From an uncultured Thermoprotei archaeon (GTDB taxonomy: Archaea > Thermoproteota > Thermoprotei > Thermofilales > B15-G2), in NCBI GenBank assembly GCA_965367815.1, contig CBDUKN010000001.1, positions 128,001-192,000 on the forward strand: DNA of 64,000 nucleotides, in the 5' to 3' direction. How positions within the stretch are numbered: position 1 is the first letter of the stretch; every line of letters starts with the position of its first letter. The notes beneath the pieces are model-generated. The model saw only the letters and a program-made list of their open reading frames with translations. It made no database searches and was not told where the DNA came from. This document shows, in pieces, positions 19,816 to 28,270 of this stretch. The position numbers were made by a program, and so were the translations under genes.

Positions 19816-20168
19816 TGAGAAAATTATATAAAAAGCTCGGAAGAATAACATTGAAAGAGTTTTCCGATATAGTAGTTGACGTAGAGTATCGTGAGGATAG
19901 GTTGCGAGTACATATAGTCGATGGAAGCTTTCTTGATGTGTGGTTTTCGTTATTCATAGAAGGTAAATACGCCTACCATTGGGAGAGAAGATTTATCGAC
20001 GGGACTGTGTATCGGTGGGATAATGCTAGACATGAAAAGTGGAGAAATATAGAAACTTATCCACACCATTTTCATGAAGGGAGTCAAGATAATGTAAAGC
20101 CGTTTCATGTAGCAGTTTCTCCTGAAAATAATTTAGGAAAGTATTGGAATATATTAGAAACTATTTGA
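19815..20168 (+). CDS. DUF6516/TumE-like putative toxin (possible C-terminal frameshift)
   Basis: YAYHWER...YRWDNARH...TYPHHFHEG signature; alternative frame after ~20132 gives RKVLEYIRNYLSSQK*. Confidence 0.75.
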   Translation: MRKLYKKLGRITLKEFSDIVVDVEYREDRLRVHIVDGSFLDVWFSLFIEGKYAYHWERRFIDGTVYRWDNARHEKWRNIETYPHHFHEGSQDNVKPFHVAVSPENNLGKYWNILETI

Positions 20169-20190
20169 GTAGCCAGAAATAGCTTAAATT

Positions 20191-21081
20191 TTATGAGAGA
20201 TATCCTGTTTCGCTTAGTTTAATGACGTAGTCGCCTATGTTTACTCCTAGCTCTTTAGCTATGTTTCTGCACTTTGCTTTAAGCATGTATACTACTGGCT
20301 TCGAGGGAATATTGGCTTCTGATAGATACTCGAAGTTAGCCATACCTTTCGATATCACTAAATCCGAGTTCATGTACTCTTCTTTAAGTTCACTACTCAC
20401 TTCGTTCCAGAAAATACTTGAGCCGTCTGTACCCGAGCCTATTACTTTACAGTATTTGCTGAGCTCTATTTCTTCAGCTTCTTTTAATGTTATGTCGTTT
20501 TGAAATGAACCTGACTTAACTACAGCAACTACTTCATGACCCATAGCTGTCAACTGCTTTATGAGAAGTATATCTAAAACAGCTTCACCGCAGTTATCCA
20601 TTAAGTACAGTATCTTCATTTTTCTCGACGAAATTTCTTCAAATACTTTCTTAGAATCATCGACTGCCAGCTTTATTTGCTCGACTTCCTTTGAGAAATC
20701 TTCTATTCTAGCAGAGTATCCGGCTACACCGAAGTCTATGGCGTTTCCAGCTAATGCTGCTAAACAAGCTTCTCTAAAAGCGCTATAGCCCTGTAAACTT
20801 GATATTTTTCTTTTTACTTCATTTAGTATCCTTAAAGCGACTTTATTTGAGTAAACTTTCACTTCCCGGTAGGGATCATTGTTTCCGCTAAGCTTTTTAA
20901 CTAGGCGGAAAGCGTTAGTTGCGTAGACAGTAACATATTCATCGTAATCGAGGTTCTCTGCCATAAAAGAGAGAAGTTCTTTAACTGCTTGCTTGAGTTT
21001 TTCTTCATCAGTAATAAGTCTCATGAGCTCGTTTACTCTAACTGTAAGTATACAGGGTATACACTCCGGTCTTATTTTCAC
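20191..21081 (-). CDS. ARMT1/DUF89 damage-control phosphatase
   Basis: ECIPC, NDPY, AGNAIDFG, DNCGE, SKGMANFE. Confidence 0.9.
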   Translation of the reverse strand: MKIRPECIPCILTVRVNELMRLITDEEKLKQAVKELLSFMAENLDYDEYVTVYATNAFRLVKKLSGNNDPYREVKVYSNKVALRILNEVKRKISSLQGYSAFREACLAALAGNAIDFGVAGYSARIEDFSKEVEQIKLAVDDSKKVFEEISSRKMKILYLMDNCGEAVLDILLIKQLTAMGHEVVAVVKSGSFQNDITLKEAEEIELSKYCKVIGSGTDGSSIFWNEVSSELKEEYMNSDLVISKGMANFEYLSEANIPSKPVVYMLKAKCRNIAKELGVNIGDYVIKLSETGYLS

Positions 21082-21117
21082 GGGAATTCTTCCAGCAAAA
21101 CTAGTTAATAAAGAAAC

Positions 21118-21738
21118 CTACTCTACTTCGGGTACAGTACCTGTTCTTATTGCTTCTGCTTCGTAGTCCTCTATGTCTTCTTTAAGGAATTTAACTAGCT
21201 CGCTGCTTATGAATGGCTGTCCGTCAACAAGAGGATATGCGTAAGGTAGATTTATTGTAAGGTATTCGTTTACCTTAATGTCTAAGCCTATTTGGACAGG
21301 TATTTCCTCTATTCTTCTGCCGCGGTATACTTGTAGAGCCATGTAAACTGCGCCATCGATAGCGAACTGGTAGTCGCCTAAAGTCCTCGCTTTAGCTCCT
21401 GTAAGCCGGCTAGTTAAGTACAGCCATGTCCTTCCGCGCGGAGGATGGTCTCCCATAATTCCTCCTACGACAATATACTCTGCGTCACTGAAGTCTTCCG
21501 GCTTCAGTTTTTCTGATGCTTTCTGGTCTAAAACTATAAGCTTTGTTCTATCAATGTCCAGTTCACATACACTTTTTTCTTCAACAGCACCCAGTTCGGA
21601 TAACTTTAATCTATGTTTTTCTTTCTTAACGTTTGTAAAGATTAAGTTACTTTTTTCAACTAGCTCTGATACGTGCTTATATTCTATCCAGAGCCATATG
21701 CTTAAAATAGGTTCTAGGTGCTCTATAATGACTTTCAT
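21118..21738 (-). CDS. SPOUT methyltransferase (DUF431/Sfm1-like)
   Basis: IIEHLE, VGGIMGDHPPRGRT, QFAIDGA. Confidence 0.85.
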   Translation of the reverse strand: MKVIIEHLEPILSIWLWIEYKHVSELVEKSNLIFTNVKKEKHRLKLSELGAVEEKSVCELDIDRTKLIVLDQKASEKLKPEDFSDAEYIVVGGIMGDHPPRGRTWLYLTSRLTGAKARTLGDYQFAIDGAVYMALQVYRGRRIEEIPVQIGLDIKVNEYLTINLPYAYPLVDGQPFISSELVKFLKEDIEDYEAEAIRTGTVPEVE

Positions 21739-22751
21739 TTTACTTGTACTTTCGTTTTCTTTTTAATAGATTCTATAATACTGCAAAGTATTTTAGTGTT
21801 AGCTAAAGCGTCTTCAGGCGTTATTATAGGCTCTTTGCCTTCAATAAGGCAGTCTACAGCATGGTGTATTGCTTCTCTAGTAAAGCCCACGTATTTTTCG
21901 TTGATTACATATCCTCCGGCATAGCGAGGGTATTCGTAGGTCTTTGAAGCTACTTCTATTCCTTGACATAAGTCGTCTATGAAAATAGAGCCTTCTTCAC
22001 AGAGTATTTCTGCCCTAAAGTCTACTATAGACGGCAAGCTCTCGGGCAGAATCCACGCTGATTCTAAGAGAGCTCGACCACCGTTTCTGAACTCTAGTAT
22101 TGCTACTACGTAGTCGTATGTATCGACTCCACGGGACTTCAAGTATTTGCGTGATGCTACTGCGTAAACGTACTCTACTTCGTCTTCAAATATCCATCTA
22201 GCGAGATCTGCTGTGTGGCTCATGAGAAAGAATACTACGCTTGTTTTAGCGGCCCAGGAAAGCATTTTGAATGGAACATACTTAGTGTCGCTTAATCTGA
22301 AGTAAGCGTAGAGAGGTTTTCCTAGCTCACCGCTACTTACTTTTTCTTTAGCTACAGCAAACGGAGGATTCCACCTATTAGCGAAGTCTACGAAAAGCAT
22401 AAGCTTTTTGGATTTAGCTAAGTTCACCATTTTTTCTGCTTCTTCAACATTCATTGCTAAGGGTTTTTCTACAATGACGTTGACTCCGTGATTCAGCGCA
22501 AAAGTAACGGGCTCGAAGTGGAGAAAATCGGGAGTTACTATTGAAACTAAATCTAAGTCTTCTTTTTCTATCATTTCGCGGTAATCAGTATATTTATGTT
22601 CAATACCGTATTTATCAGATACTTCTTTCAGTCTTTTCTCGTTAATGTCAGCTATAGCTTTAAGTTCAACTAGAGGATGAGCTTTGTACGCCTTAACATG
22701 TTGTTCTCCTTGAATACCTACGCCTACAACACCTACTTTGATTTCTCTCAC
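21735..22751 (-). CDS. Gfo/Idh/MocA-family oxidoreductase
   Basis: GVVGVGIQG, VTPDFLH, VEKPLA. Confidence 0.9.
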   Translation of the reverse strand: MREIKVGVVGVGIQGEQHVKAYKAHPLVELKAIADINEKRLKEVSDKYGIEHKYTDYREMIEKEDLDLVSIVTPDFLHFEPVTFALNHGVNVIVEKPLAMNVEEAEKMVNLAKSKKLMLFVDFANRWNPPFAVAKEKVSSGELGKPLYAYFRLSDTKYVPFKMLSWAAKTSVVFFLMSHTADLARWIFEDEVEYVYAVASRKYLKSRGVDTYDYVVAILEFRNGGRALLESAWILPESLPSIVDFRAEILCEEGSIFIDDLCQGIEVASKTYEYPRYAGGYVINEKYVGFTREAIHHAVDCLIEGKEPIITPEDALANTKILCSIIESIKKKTKVQVK

Positions 22752-22804
22752 AGAAAATTACAGCGCTTTAAGCTAATAACTTCTTCTTCTTAAGCTCTAT
22801 TGAA

Positions 22805-22849
22805 GCGATGAGCAGGTAGAAGTCTGTTGATCAAAGCAAGTGCCTCTGA
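22805..22849 (+). ncRNA. Candidate box C/D guide sRNA
   Basis: GCGATGA (C) - 12 nt - CTGT (D') - TGATCA (C') - 12 nt - CTGA (D) with canonical spacing, intergenic. Confidence 0.45.
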
Positions 22850-22916
22850 GAGTAAAGGCGCTAGGAGCTTCTTAAGCGCATTTATTTTTATATATTAAGC
22901 TCAGTAATTTTATCAT

Positions 22917-23891
22917 GTGAAAACCGAAAAGCTTGTACTAGCGTTTTACTATGCGTGGTACGGCACTCCTGAAGGACCTCACGGAAAGTGGGTTCACTGG
23001 AATCACCCAATACTAGCTCGCGGAGGAGTCTTAGGATACCATAATCCTGATAGAGTCATAGACGGCAGAAGAGACATAGCTGCAGCAGAGTACCCTCTAC
23101 TAGGACCCTATGACTCACTAGACCCAGAGGTAATAGAAACTCACCTTAAGTGGGCTCAAGACTACGGCGTAGACTGTTTTATTGTAAGCTGGTGGGGCAG
23201 AGAAAAAGACGAAGATAAAGTTCTCGAGAAAATGATGAATATTATTGAAGAAAAAGGATACTCTGTCAAAGTAAGCGCTTACTACGAAACAGTCGGCTTA
23301 AAAAGAGATGTAAATGAAATGACAGATGACTTCAAGTATATTCTCGAAAAACATGCCTATAGAGAATCTTTCCTAAAAATAGGTAAAAGACCAGTTATCT
23401 TTGTGTACTCTGCCGAAGTACTTGAAAAAAGCTTCTGGAAAATAATTCTAAGTTATCTAAGGTCCAGCGAAATAGAGCCTTTCATTATAGGAGACACTCG
23501 CGACCCTGCTTACGCCGAAATATTTGACGGAATACACGTATACATACCGCTCAAGGAAGCAAAAGATTCCTCAGGAACAGCCTTGCGAAGACTCTACAGT
23601 AGACTCAAAAACATAAGTAGAACTAAGGGGAAACTTTTCGCGGCAACAGTTCTTCCGGGATACGATGATAGAGTAATACGAATACCTGGAAACTACTTAC
23701 CTAGAAAAAGAGGACAAGTATATGAACTGTGCTGGAAAATAGCGCTCGAACATAGCCCTGAGTGGATTATTATCACCAGCTGGAATGAGTGGCATGAAGG
23801 CACCGAAATAGAGCCGAGTAAAGAATACGGTTTTATGTACTTAGAGTTCACTAAGAAGTTTTCCGAGGAATTTAAGAAGAGCGGCTTGTAG
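22917..23891 (+). CDS. GH99-like glycoside hydrolase
   Basis: AFYYAWYG, GPYDS, VSWWG, ITSWNEWHEGTEIEP catalytic motif. Confidence 0.85.
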   Translation: MKTEKLVLAFYYAWYGTPEGPHGKWVHWNHPILARGGVLGYHNPDRVIDGRRDIAAAEYPLLGPYDSLDPEVIETHLKWAQDYGVDCFIVSWWGREKDEDKVLEKMMNIIEEKGYSVKVSAYYETVGLKRDVNEMTDDFKYILEKHAYRESFLKIGKRPVIFVYSAEVLEKSFWKIILSYLRSSEIEPFIIGDTRDPAYAEIFDGIHVYIPLKEAKDSSGTALRRLYSRLKNISRTKGKLFAATVLPGYDDRVIRIPGNYLPRKRGQVYELCWKIALEHSPEWIIITSWNEWHEGTEIEPSKEYGFMYLEFTKKFSEEFKKSGL

Positions 23892-23978
23892 GCTTCCCAT
23901 ATTTTACTGATATATAGGATAATATTATCCTATATTTTAAACTGATAGAAATCTATTATTATAAAGCGCGTTATTACC

Positions 23979-24158
23979 GTGAAGCCGGTTATTGAAGTAA
24001 TTAAAGAAGCTCAGATAGCTCCTACACCTGCTGCACTAGTTCTAGCAGAAATTATTGCAGATAAGCTAGAGAAAGTAAAGTACTCTAACCCCGAGAAATA
24101 CTGGGAACTCAGGAGAACCTACATAAATGTCATGAGAGAGTCCCTGAGAGCAAAGTAA
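23979..24158 (+). CDS. Small hypothetical protein (59 aa, below ORF-track cutoff)
   Basis: GTG...TAA: MKPVIEVIKEAQIAPTPAALVLAEIIADKLEKVKYSNPEKYWELRRTYINVMRESLRAK; host-like codons, AT-rich TATA-like element upstream. Confidence 0.65.
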   Translation: MKPVIEVIKEAQIAPTPAALVLAEIIADKLEKVKYSNPEKYWELRRTYINVMRESLRAK

Positions 24159-24229
24159 TTTTAGAAAACCCGGGTTAGGGCACTTAAATATTTTTAAGAC
24201 TTATATTTATTCAAGCTAATTTATACTAC

Positions 24230-25459
24230 GTGTACGATGTAGCAGTAGTAGGAGCAGGACCTGCAGGATCCACTGTCTCCTACTGCCTAGCTAAAGAGAA
24301 AATTAAGGTAATTCTTTTCGAAAGACATAGATTTCCTCGACGAAAAGCATGTGCAGCAGGACTTTCTCTCTACTCAATTGAACTACTTAAAGAACTAGGA
24401 CTTTTCTCAGAAGAATACATAGTAAATGAAACACATAAATGTAAAATAGACTTTGTTATTGCGAAAGAAGTCTTTGAAGCAGATGCGCATATTTGCTTAA
24501 CAACGAGAGAGCAATTTGATGAATATTTAGCTCGAAGAGCTCAAGAAGCTGGAGCAGAGCTTCACGAGGGAGAAGGCGTAAAAAGTATTTCAATTAAAGA
24601 CGATTTTGTTGAAATACGCACATCTAAAGCCGTGTATCGTAGCAAAGTAGTAGTACTAGCTTGTGGTCAGCCTAATGTTCTCGGCAAGTCGATAGGACTC
24701 TATCCTAACTACGGAAAAGCAATAGCATTTGAATTCAATGCTCCTTTGCCCACCGAGTATAACCTGGACTACTGCGAGTTCTACTTTTCGCTAGACAAAG
24801 ATTTTGCAGGATACTTTTGGATCTTCCCGAAGAAGGGTTTCGCAAACTATGGCGTAGGCACGTGGCTACACACTGTAACAGTCATGAAAAAGAAGTACGG
24901 GTCTGTTGTCGAGTGGACTAAATCAATTTTAAAGGATCTAGGATATTGGAATAAAATAAAAGACATTAAAAAGCATTTAACTAAGATTAAAGGAGCTATA
25001 GTACCTGTGTATACTAATGCTAAAGCAGAAGACATGGTTATGGATAGAGCGATAGCTATAGGTGATGCGGCAGGGCTTGTAAGATACTCCGGCGAAGGCA
25101 TATGTTATGCACTTAAATCAGGTCAATTAGCTGCAAAAGCCTTGATGAAGTGCATCGAGGAAAATAAATTTGATAAACAGACACTAGTAAAATACTATAC
25201 AGAGCCTCTTGATAAAGAAGTTTTAAGAGAATTAAAGTATACTTCTAAAATAGAGAAAATAATGACTTACGCTACTGACGCCGTTATAGATCTTCTCAAA
25301 AAAGAGCCCGAAGTACTTAATCTGCTAGGGAAAATGCTTGAACACAGTATAAGTGATGAAAAGTATTTTAATGAAAGCAGTAAGTATGCTAGAAAACATA
25401 TATCTATTGCTGCTAGAATGATGGCAGCTTTGCTCCGAGGTACTCTAAAAGGAACTTAG
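24230..25459 (+). CDS. Geranylgeranyl reductase-family FAD oxidoreductase
   Basis: VVGAGPAG, REQFDEYL, GYFWIFPK, IGDAAG...GEGI. Confidence 0.88.
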   Translation: MYDVAVVGAGPAGSTVSYCLAKEKIKVILFERHRFPRRKACAAGLSLYSIELLKELGLFSEEYIVNETHKCKIDFVIAKEVFEADAHICLTTREQFDEYLARRAQEAGAELHEGEGVKSISIKDDFVEIRTSKAVYRSKVVVLACGQPNVLGKSIGLYPNYGKAIAFEFNAPLPTEYNLDYCEFYFSLDKDFAGYFWIFPKKGFANYGVGTWLHTVTVMKKKYGSVVEWTKSILKDLGYWNKIKDIKKHLTKIKGAIVPVYTNAKAEDMVMDRAIAIGDAAGLVRYSGEGICYALKSGQLAAKALMKCIEENKFDKQTLVKYYTEPLDKEVLRELKYTSKIEKIMTYATDAVIDLLKKEPEVLNLLGKMLEHSISDEKYFNESSKYARKHISIAARMMAALLRGTLKGT

Positions 25460-26105
25460 CGCTGTCTTTAAGTGATACATCTTTAAAGAATCCCGGCTTT
25501 TCTTTCTCTATTACTTCAACCACTTTTTCTACTGGAATAGTTCTCTGAATATAGAAGCCTATTATGCCACTTTTGTCTATAGGTCTCCATACGCTCCACC
25601 AGATATTCTCTACTCGAAGTATTTTGAAGGCTATTGCTGTAGCTGCTTCAAAGCCTCCCGACGCCATATAATAGGGATTGACTCCGCTGATAGTCTCTAT
25701 TTTATCAGCGAAAGTCTCCTTACTCTCTACTGACTTAACTATGCCTTCGATAATGTATCCGTTTTCTTCTTTAATTATTTTGGACGAGAAATAAGGTGAG
25801 TGTCCGCTGAACCAGTTCCAAGCTAGAATAGAGTATACTTCCATGAAGTCGGCTACGCCTTCAGGATTGTGGTCTGAGGGATATGTTTTTCTTAAGTCTT
25901 CTGGCTTAGATAGTTCTACGAGGCATCTGCTTCCTCCCCATATTCCTAATCTGTGCAGTTCTCGATTGATATCTGCTGGATTAGTGAACTCTGCCTCTAG
26001 TTTCGCTATAAGAAACATTAAGAGCATTCTAGGAACAAGGACATGTACTGTAGGCTGAAAGTGTTTACTTAGTCTCCCGATGAGTTTAGCTAGTTCTCTT
26101 TTCAC
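25413..26105 (-). CDS. Hypothetical protein with TRAPP/Bet3 (V4R-fold)-like N-terminal domain
   Basis: LIAKLEAEFTNPADINRELHRLGIWGGSRCL and AWNWFSGHSP resemble Bet3 segments (by-eye comparison). Confidence 0.6.
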   Translation of the reverse strand: MKRELAKLIGRLSKHFQPTVHVLVPRMLLMFLIAKLEAEFTNPADINRELHRLGIWGGSRCLVELSKPEDLRKTYPSDHNPEGVADFMEVYSILAWNWFSGHSPYFSSKIIKEENGYIIEGIVKSVESKETFADKIETISGVNPYYMASGGFEAATAIAFKILRVENIWWSVWRPIDKSGIIGFYIQRTIPVEKVVEVIEKEKPGFFKDVSLKDSAKFLLEYLGAKLPSF

Positions 26106-26587
26106 TTTGCTACCACCTCTTTTAGTTCTTTGAGATATCCTGCACCGTATAGTGACTCGACTATTGCTTTGACTAAACCATAGGGCATAGAGAGTGCTTC
26201 AGCTATTTCGCTTAAAGTAGTCTGTCCGTCACACCAAGTGAGCACTGCTAGCTCCTCGTTAGACAGCTTGTTCAGAGAAGGCATTTTTTCTTTAGGTTTA
26301 GGTACAGGAATTATGTCAAATTTAAGGAAAACAGGTTTTTCTACTTTTACTAAAGGAGCTGTTTCAACTCCTCTTATACCTCCTTTCTCGTCAATGTATA
26401 TCAGAACGACATGATCTTTGTGCTGAAAAGCAAGAGAGAATAGTCCCATCTTCTTAGCCCTCTCAACGGCTTTAGCTAAAGTATCTCCTGAAATAACTAT
26501 TTTTTCATTACATTGAGGACACTTAACTTTCTTGGTGAGAGACAGCATACAATAATATTTTCCAAAAAATATATTAAACATTTTCAT
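26102..26587 (-). CDS. Zn-finger (CxxC...HxxH) plus winged-helix protein
   Basis: KCPQC...QHKDHVVLIYID; C-terminal VLTWCDGQTTLSEIAEAL...LYGAGYL; real start probably the internal ATG (MLSLTKK). Confidence 0.7.
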   Translation of the reverse strand: MKMFNIFFGKYYCMLSLTKKVKCPQCNEKIVISGDTLAKAVERAKKMGLFSLAFQHKDHVVLIYIDEKGGIRGVETAPLVKVEKPVFLKFDIIPVPKPKEKMPSLNKLSNEELAVLTWCDGQTTLSEIAEALSMPYGLVKAIVESLYGAGYLKELKEVVAK

Positions 26588-26621
26588 TGGCTCGGCTAGT
26601 TTTGAACTATGCTAGTAGTAC

Positions 26622-27512
26622 TTAAAAATACTTGTATAGAGGGTGGTCTCGAGACTTCACTCTTATACCGTAGAACCTGTTAGCATAAGAAATAATCGAA
26701 GACAACATTGCACAGAGAGGAAAAACTTCAGGTGCTTTTCTTATTGACCCGTAGATAATGAAGTCTGCTCCATAAGCTATACTGAGTCCTATGATGCCTC
26801 CGACACAGATTTTCTTAGCTTCTTGTCCAAGTTCTTTTACTCTTTTCCAGTAACCGACAACGCCGCAAGGAGCGATGCCGCAGGGGTATCCTAGTTTCTC
26901 TTTAAGGTATTTAAGTGTCTTAAGAGATAGGCCTACACTGGCTAAGTCTAGTACTGTAGGTAGAAGCAGTATATTTTCTACAGAAGAGCATTTAGCTAAA
27001 AGACCGTTTTCGCCTGAGAGCAGCTGTAGTGCTCCTTCAGGTCTAATATTCTTTGGATTAAATGTTTGCATAATAAGGTTTTTTACTTTAAGTTCTTTTA
27101 ATGCTCTAAATTCTTCATCGGGAGAAACGTAGTTAATAGAAGTATATACAACTCTATCATTTAATCCGACTTCATTAACATATTTCATAGCTTCTACTCT
27201 AATTCTCCAAGTAGCTCCGTTTAAGAGAATAGGCTTATCAGTAACAGATGATACGAAGTCGATATATTTCGCGAGAGCCTGGCTTGTTTCTCCAGCCACG
27301 TCAACCATACACGGGACTCCTGTTTTATCGCTCCACTCGTCTTGAATTACAATAAGTTCTTCAGCTTTCTTTCGATCAAACTCTCCTCTAACATGGTCTT
27401 TAACTATTTTGTGCTTATGGTAGAACATGCAGCCTATTAAAACAATAGGGTTTTCTCCTTCTTTTCCACCCAAGTAGATCTCTCCTATCTTCACAGTTTT
27501 TGTAGCACTCAT
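26622..27512 (-). CDS. mtrH: MtrH-family (methyl-pterin:corrinoid) methyltransferase
   Basis: LGGKEGENPIVLIGCMFYHKHKIVKDHVRGEFDRKKAEELI...SDKTGVP; GADFIIYG. Confidence 0.85.
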   Translation of the reverse strand: MSATKTVKIGEIYLGGKEGENPIVLIGCMFYHKHKIVKDHVRGEFDRKKAEELIVIQDEWSDKTGVPCMVDVAGETSQALAKYIDFVSSVTDKPILLNGATWRIRVEAMKYVNEVGLNDRVVYTSINYVSPDEEFRALKELKVKNLIMQTFNPKNIRPEGALQLLSGENGLLAKCSSVENILLLPTVLDLASVGLSLKTLKYLKEKLGYPCGIAPCGVVGYWKRVKELGQEAKKICVGGIIGLSIAYGADFIIYGSIRKAPEVFPLCAMLSSIISYANRFYGIRVKSRDHPLYKYF

Positions 27513-27526
27513 TTGCCTCTACTAAT

Positions 27527-28228
27527 TCATTCGGCGAGCTGTTTAAAGAACTTTAGGAGTCTTACAACTCTATGTATATTTCTTTCATCAAGATATTTTT
27601 CTCTAGATAAAATATACTCATATACTTTACGTGGACGCAGTATAGGAACGCCTTCCCATGTTTGTTCCCGAATTTTAATATCTCCTGCAATGACTACAAT
27701 AGGCTCTACGGGTACACCCAGTAAGCTGTAAAGTTTGTCTGCATAGCTTTTCACTTGAATAACAGGCGACTTAATAAGTCTTGAGTTGTGTCTAGAGAAG
27801 ACTCTTTTCCACGAGCCGCCTTTACGTGGAATAAGGCGTCCCCCCTTCCAGTGCTTTACTTCAATAGCAAAAACACCTGTAGGTCCTACTACAACGAAGT
27901 CTACGTCGCCTCTAATTAAATCGACGCCAGGAAATACATGATAGCTTCTTGGAAGTGATCTTAGTCTCTTAAATACTTCCATTTCTCCCTTAACGCCTTT
28001 CCTGTAACCTACAGCTCTTTTTACACAAAAACCTGCTAGAAAAGCTAATGCTACGGAAAGAGCTGTTAGAGAAAGCCTTACTGTAAGCTCCTCTAGCGGA
28101 AGATTCCAGACAACAAGAGGTAGAAGAAACGAGAGAGCAATTAGTATAATAGCTGAGGCGGTGTAAAGCCGCGTGAGCTTAGATAGCCTTGTGGCGACTC
28201 TGCCATGTATTCTAGCCACTACTTTCAC
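27527..28228 (-). CDS. NERD-domain nuclease-related protein with two N-terminal TM helices
   Basis: KGVKGE, DVDFVVVGPTGVFAIEVKHW, SPVIQ. Confidence 0.85.
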   Translation of the reverse strand: MKVVARIHGRVATRLSKLTRLYTASAIILIALSFLLPLVVWNLPLEELTVRLSLTALSVALAFLAGFCVKRAVGYRKGVKGEMEVFKRLRSLPRSYHVFPGVDLIRGDVDFVVVGPTGVFAIEVKHWKGGRLIPRKGGSWKRVFSRHNSRLIKSPVIQVKSYADKLYSLLGVPVEPIVVIAGDIKIREQTWEGVPILRPRKVYEYILSREKYLDERNIHRVVRLLKFFKQLAE

Positions 28229-28270
28229 TACCCTATTGAATAAAATAAAGATTTTAGTTCCTTAAGTTAC

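Noticed and set aside
26622-27512. mtrH as evidence of methanogenesis
   Set aside because: No other mtr or mcr genes are present; stand-alone MtrH homologs occur in non-methanogens
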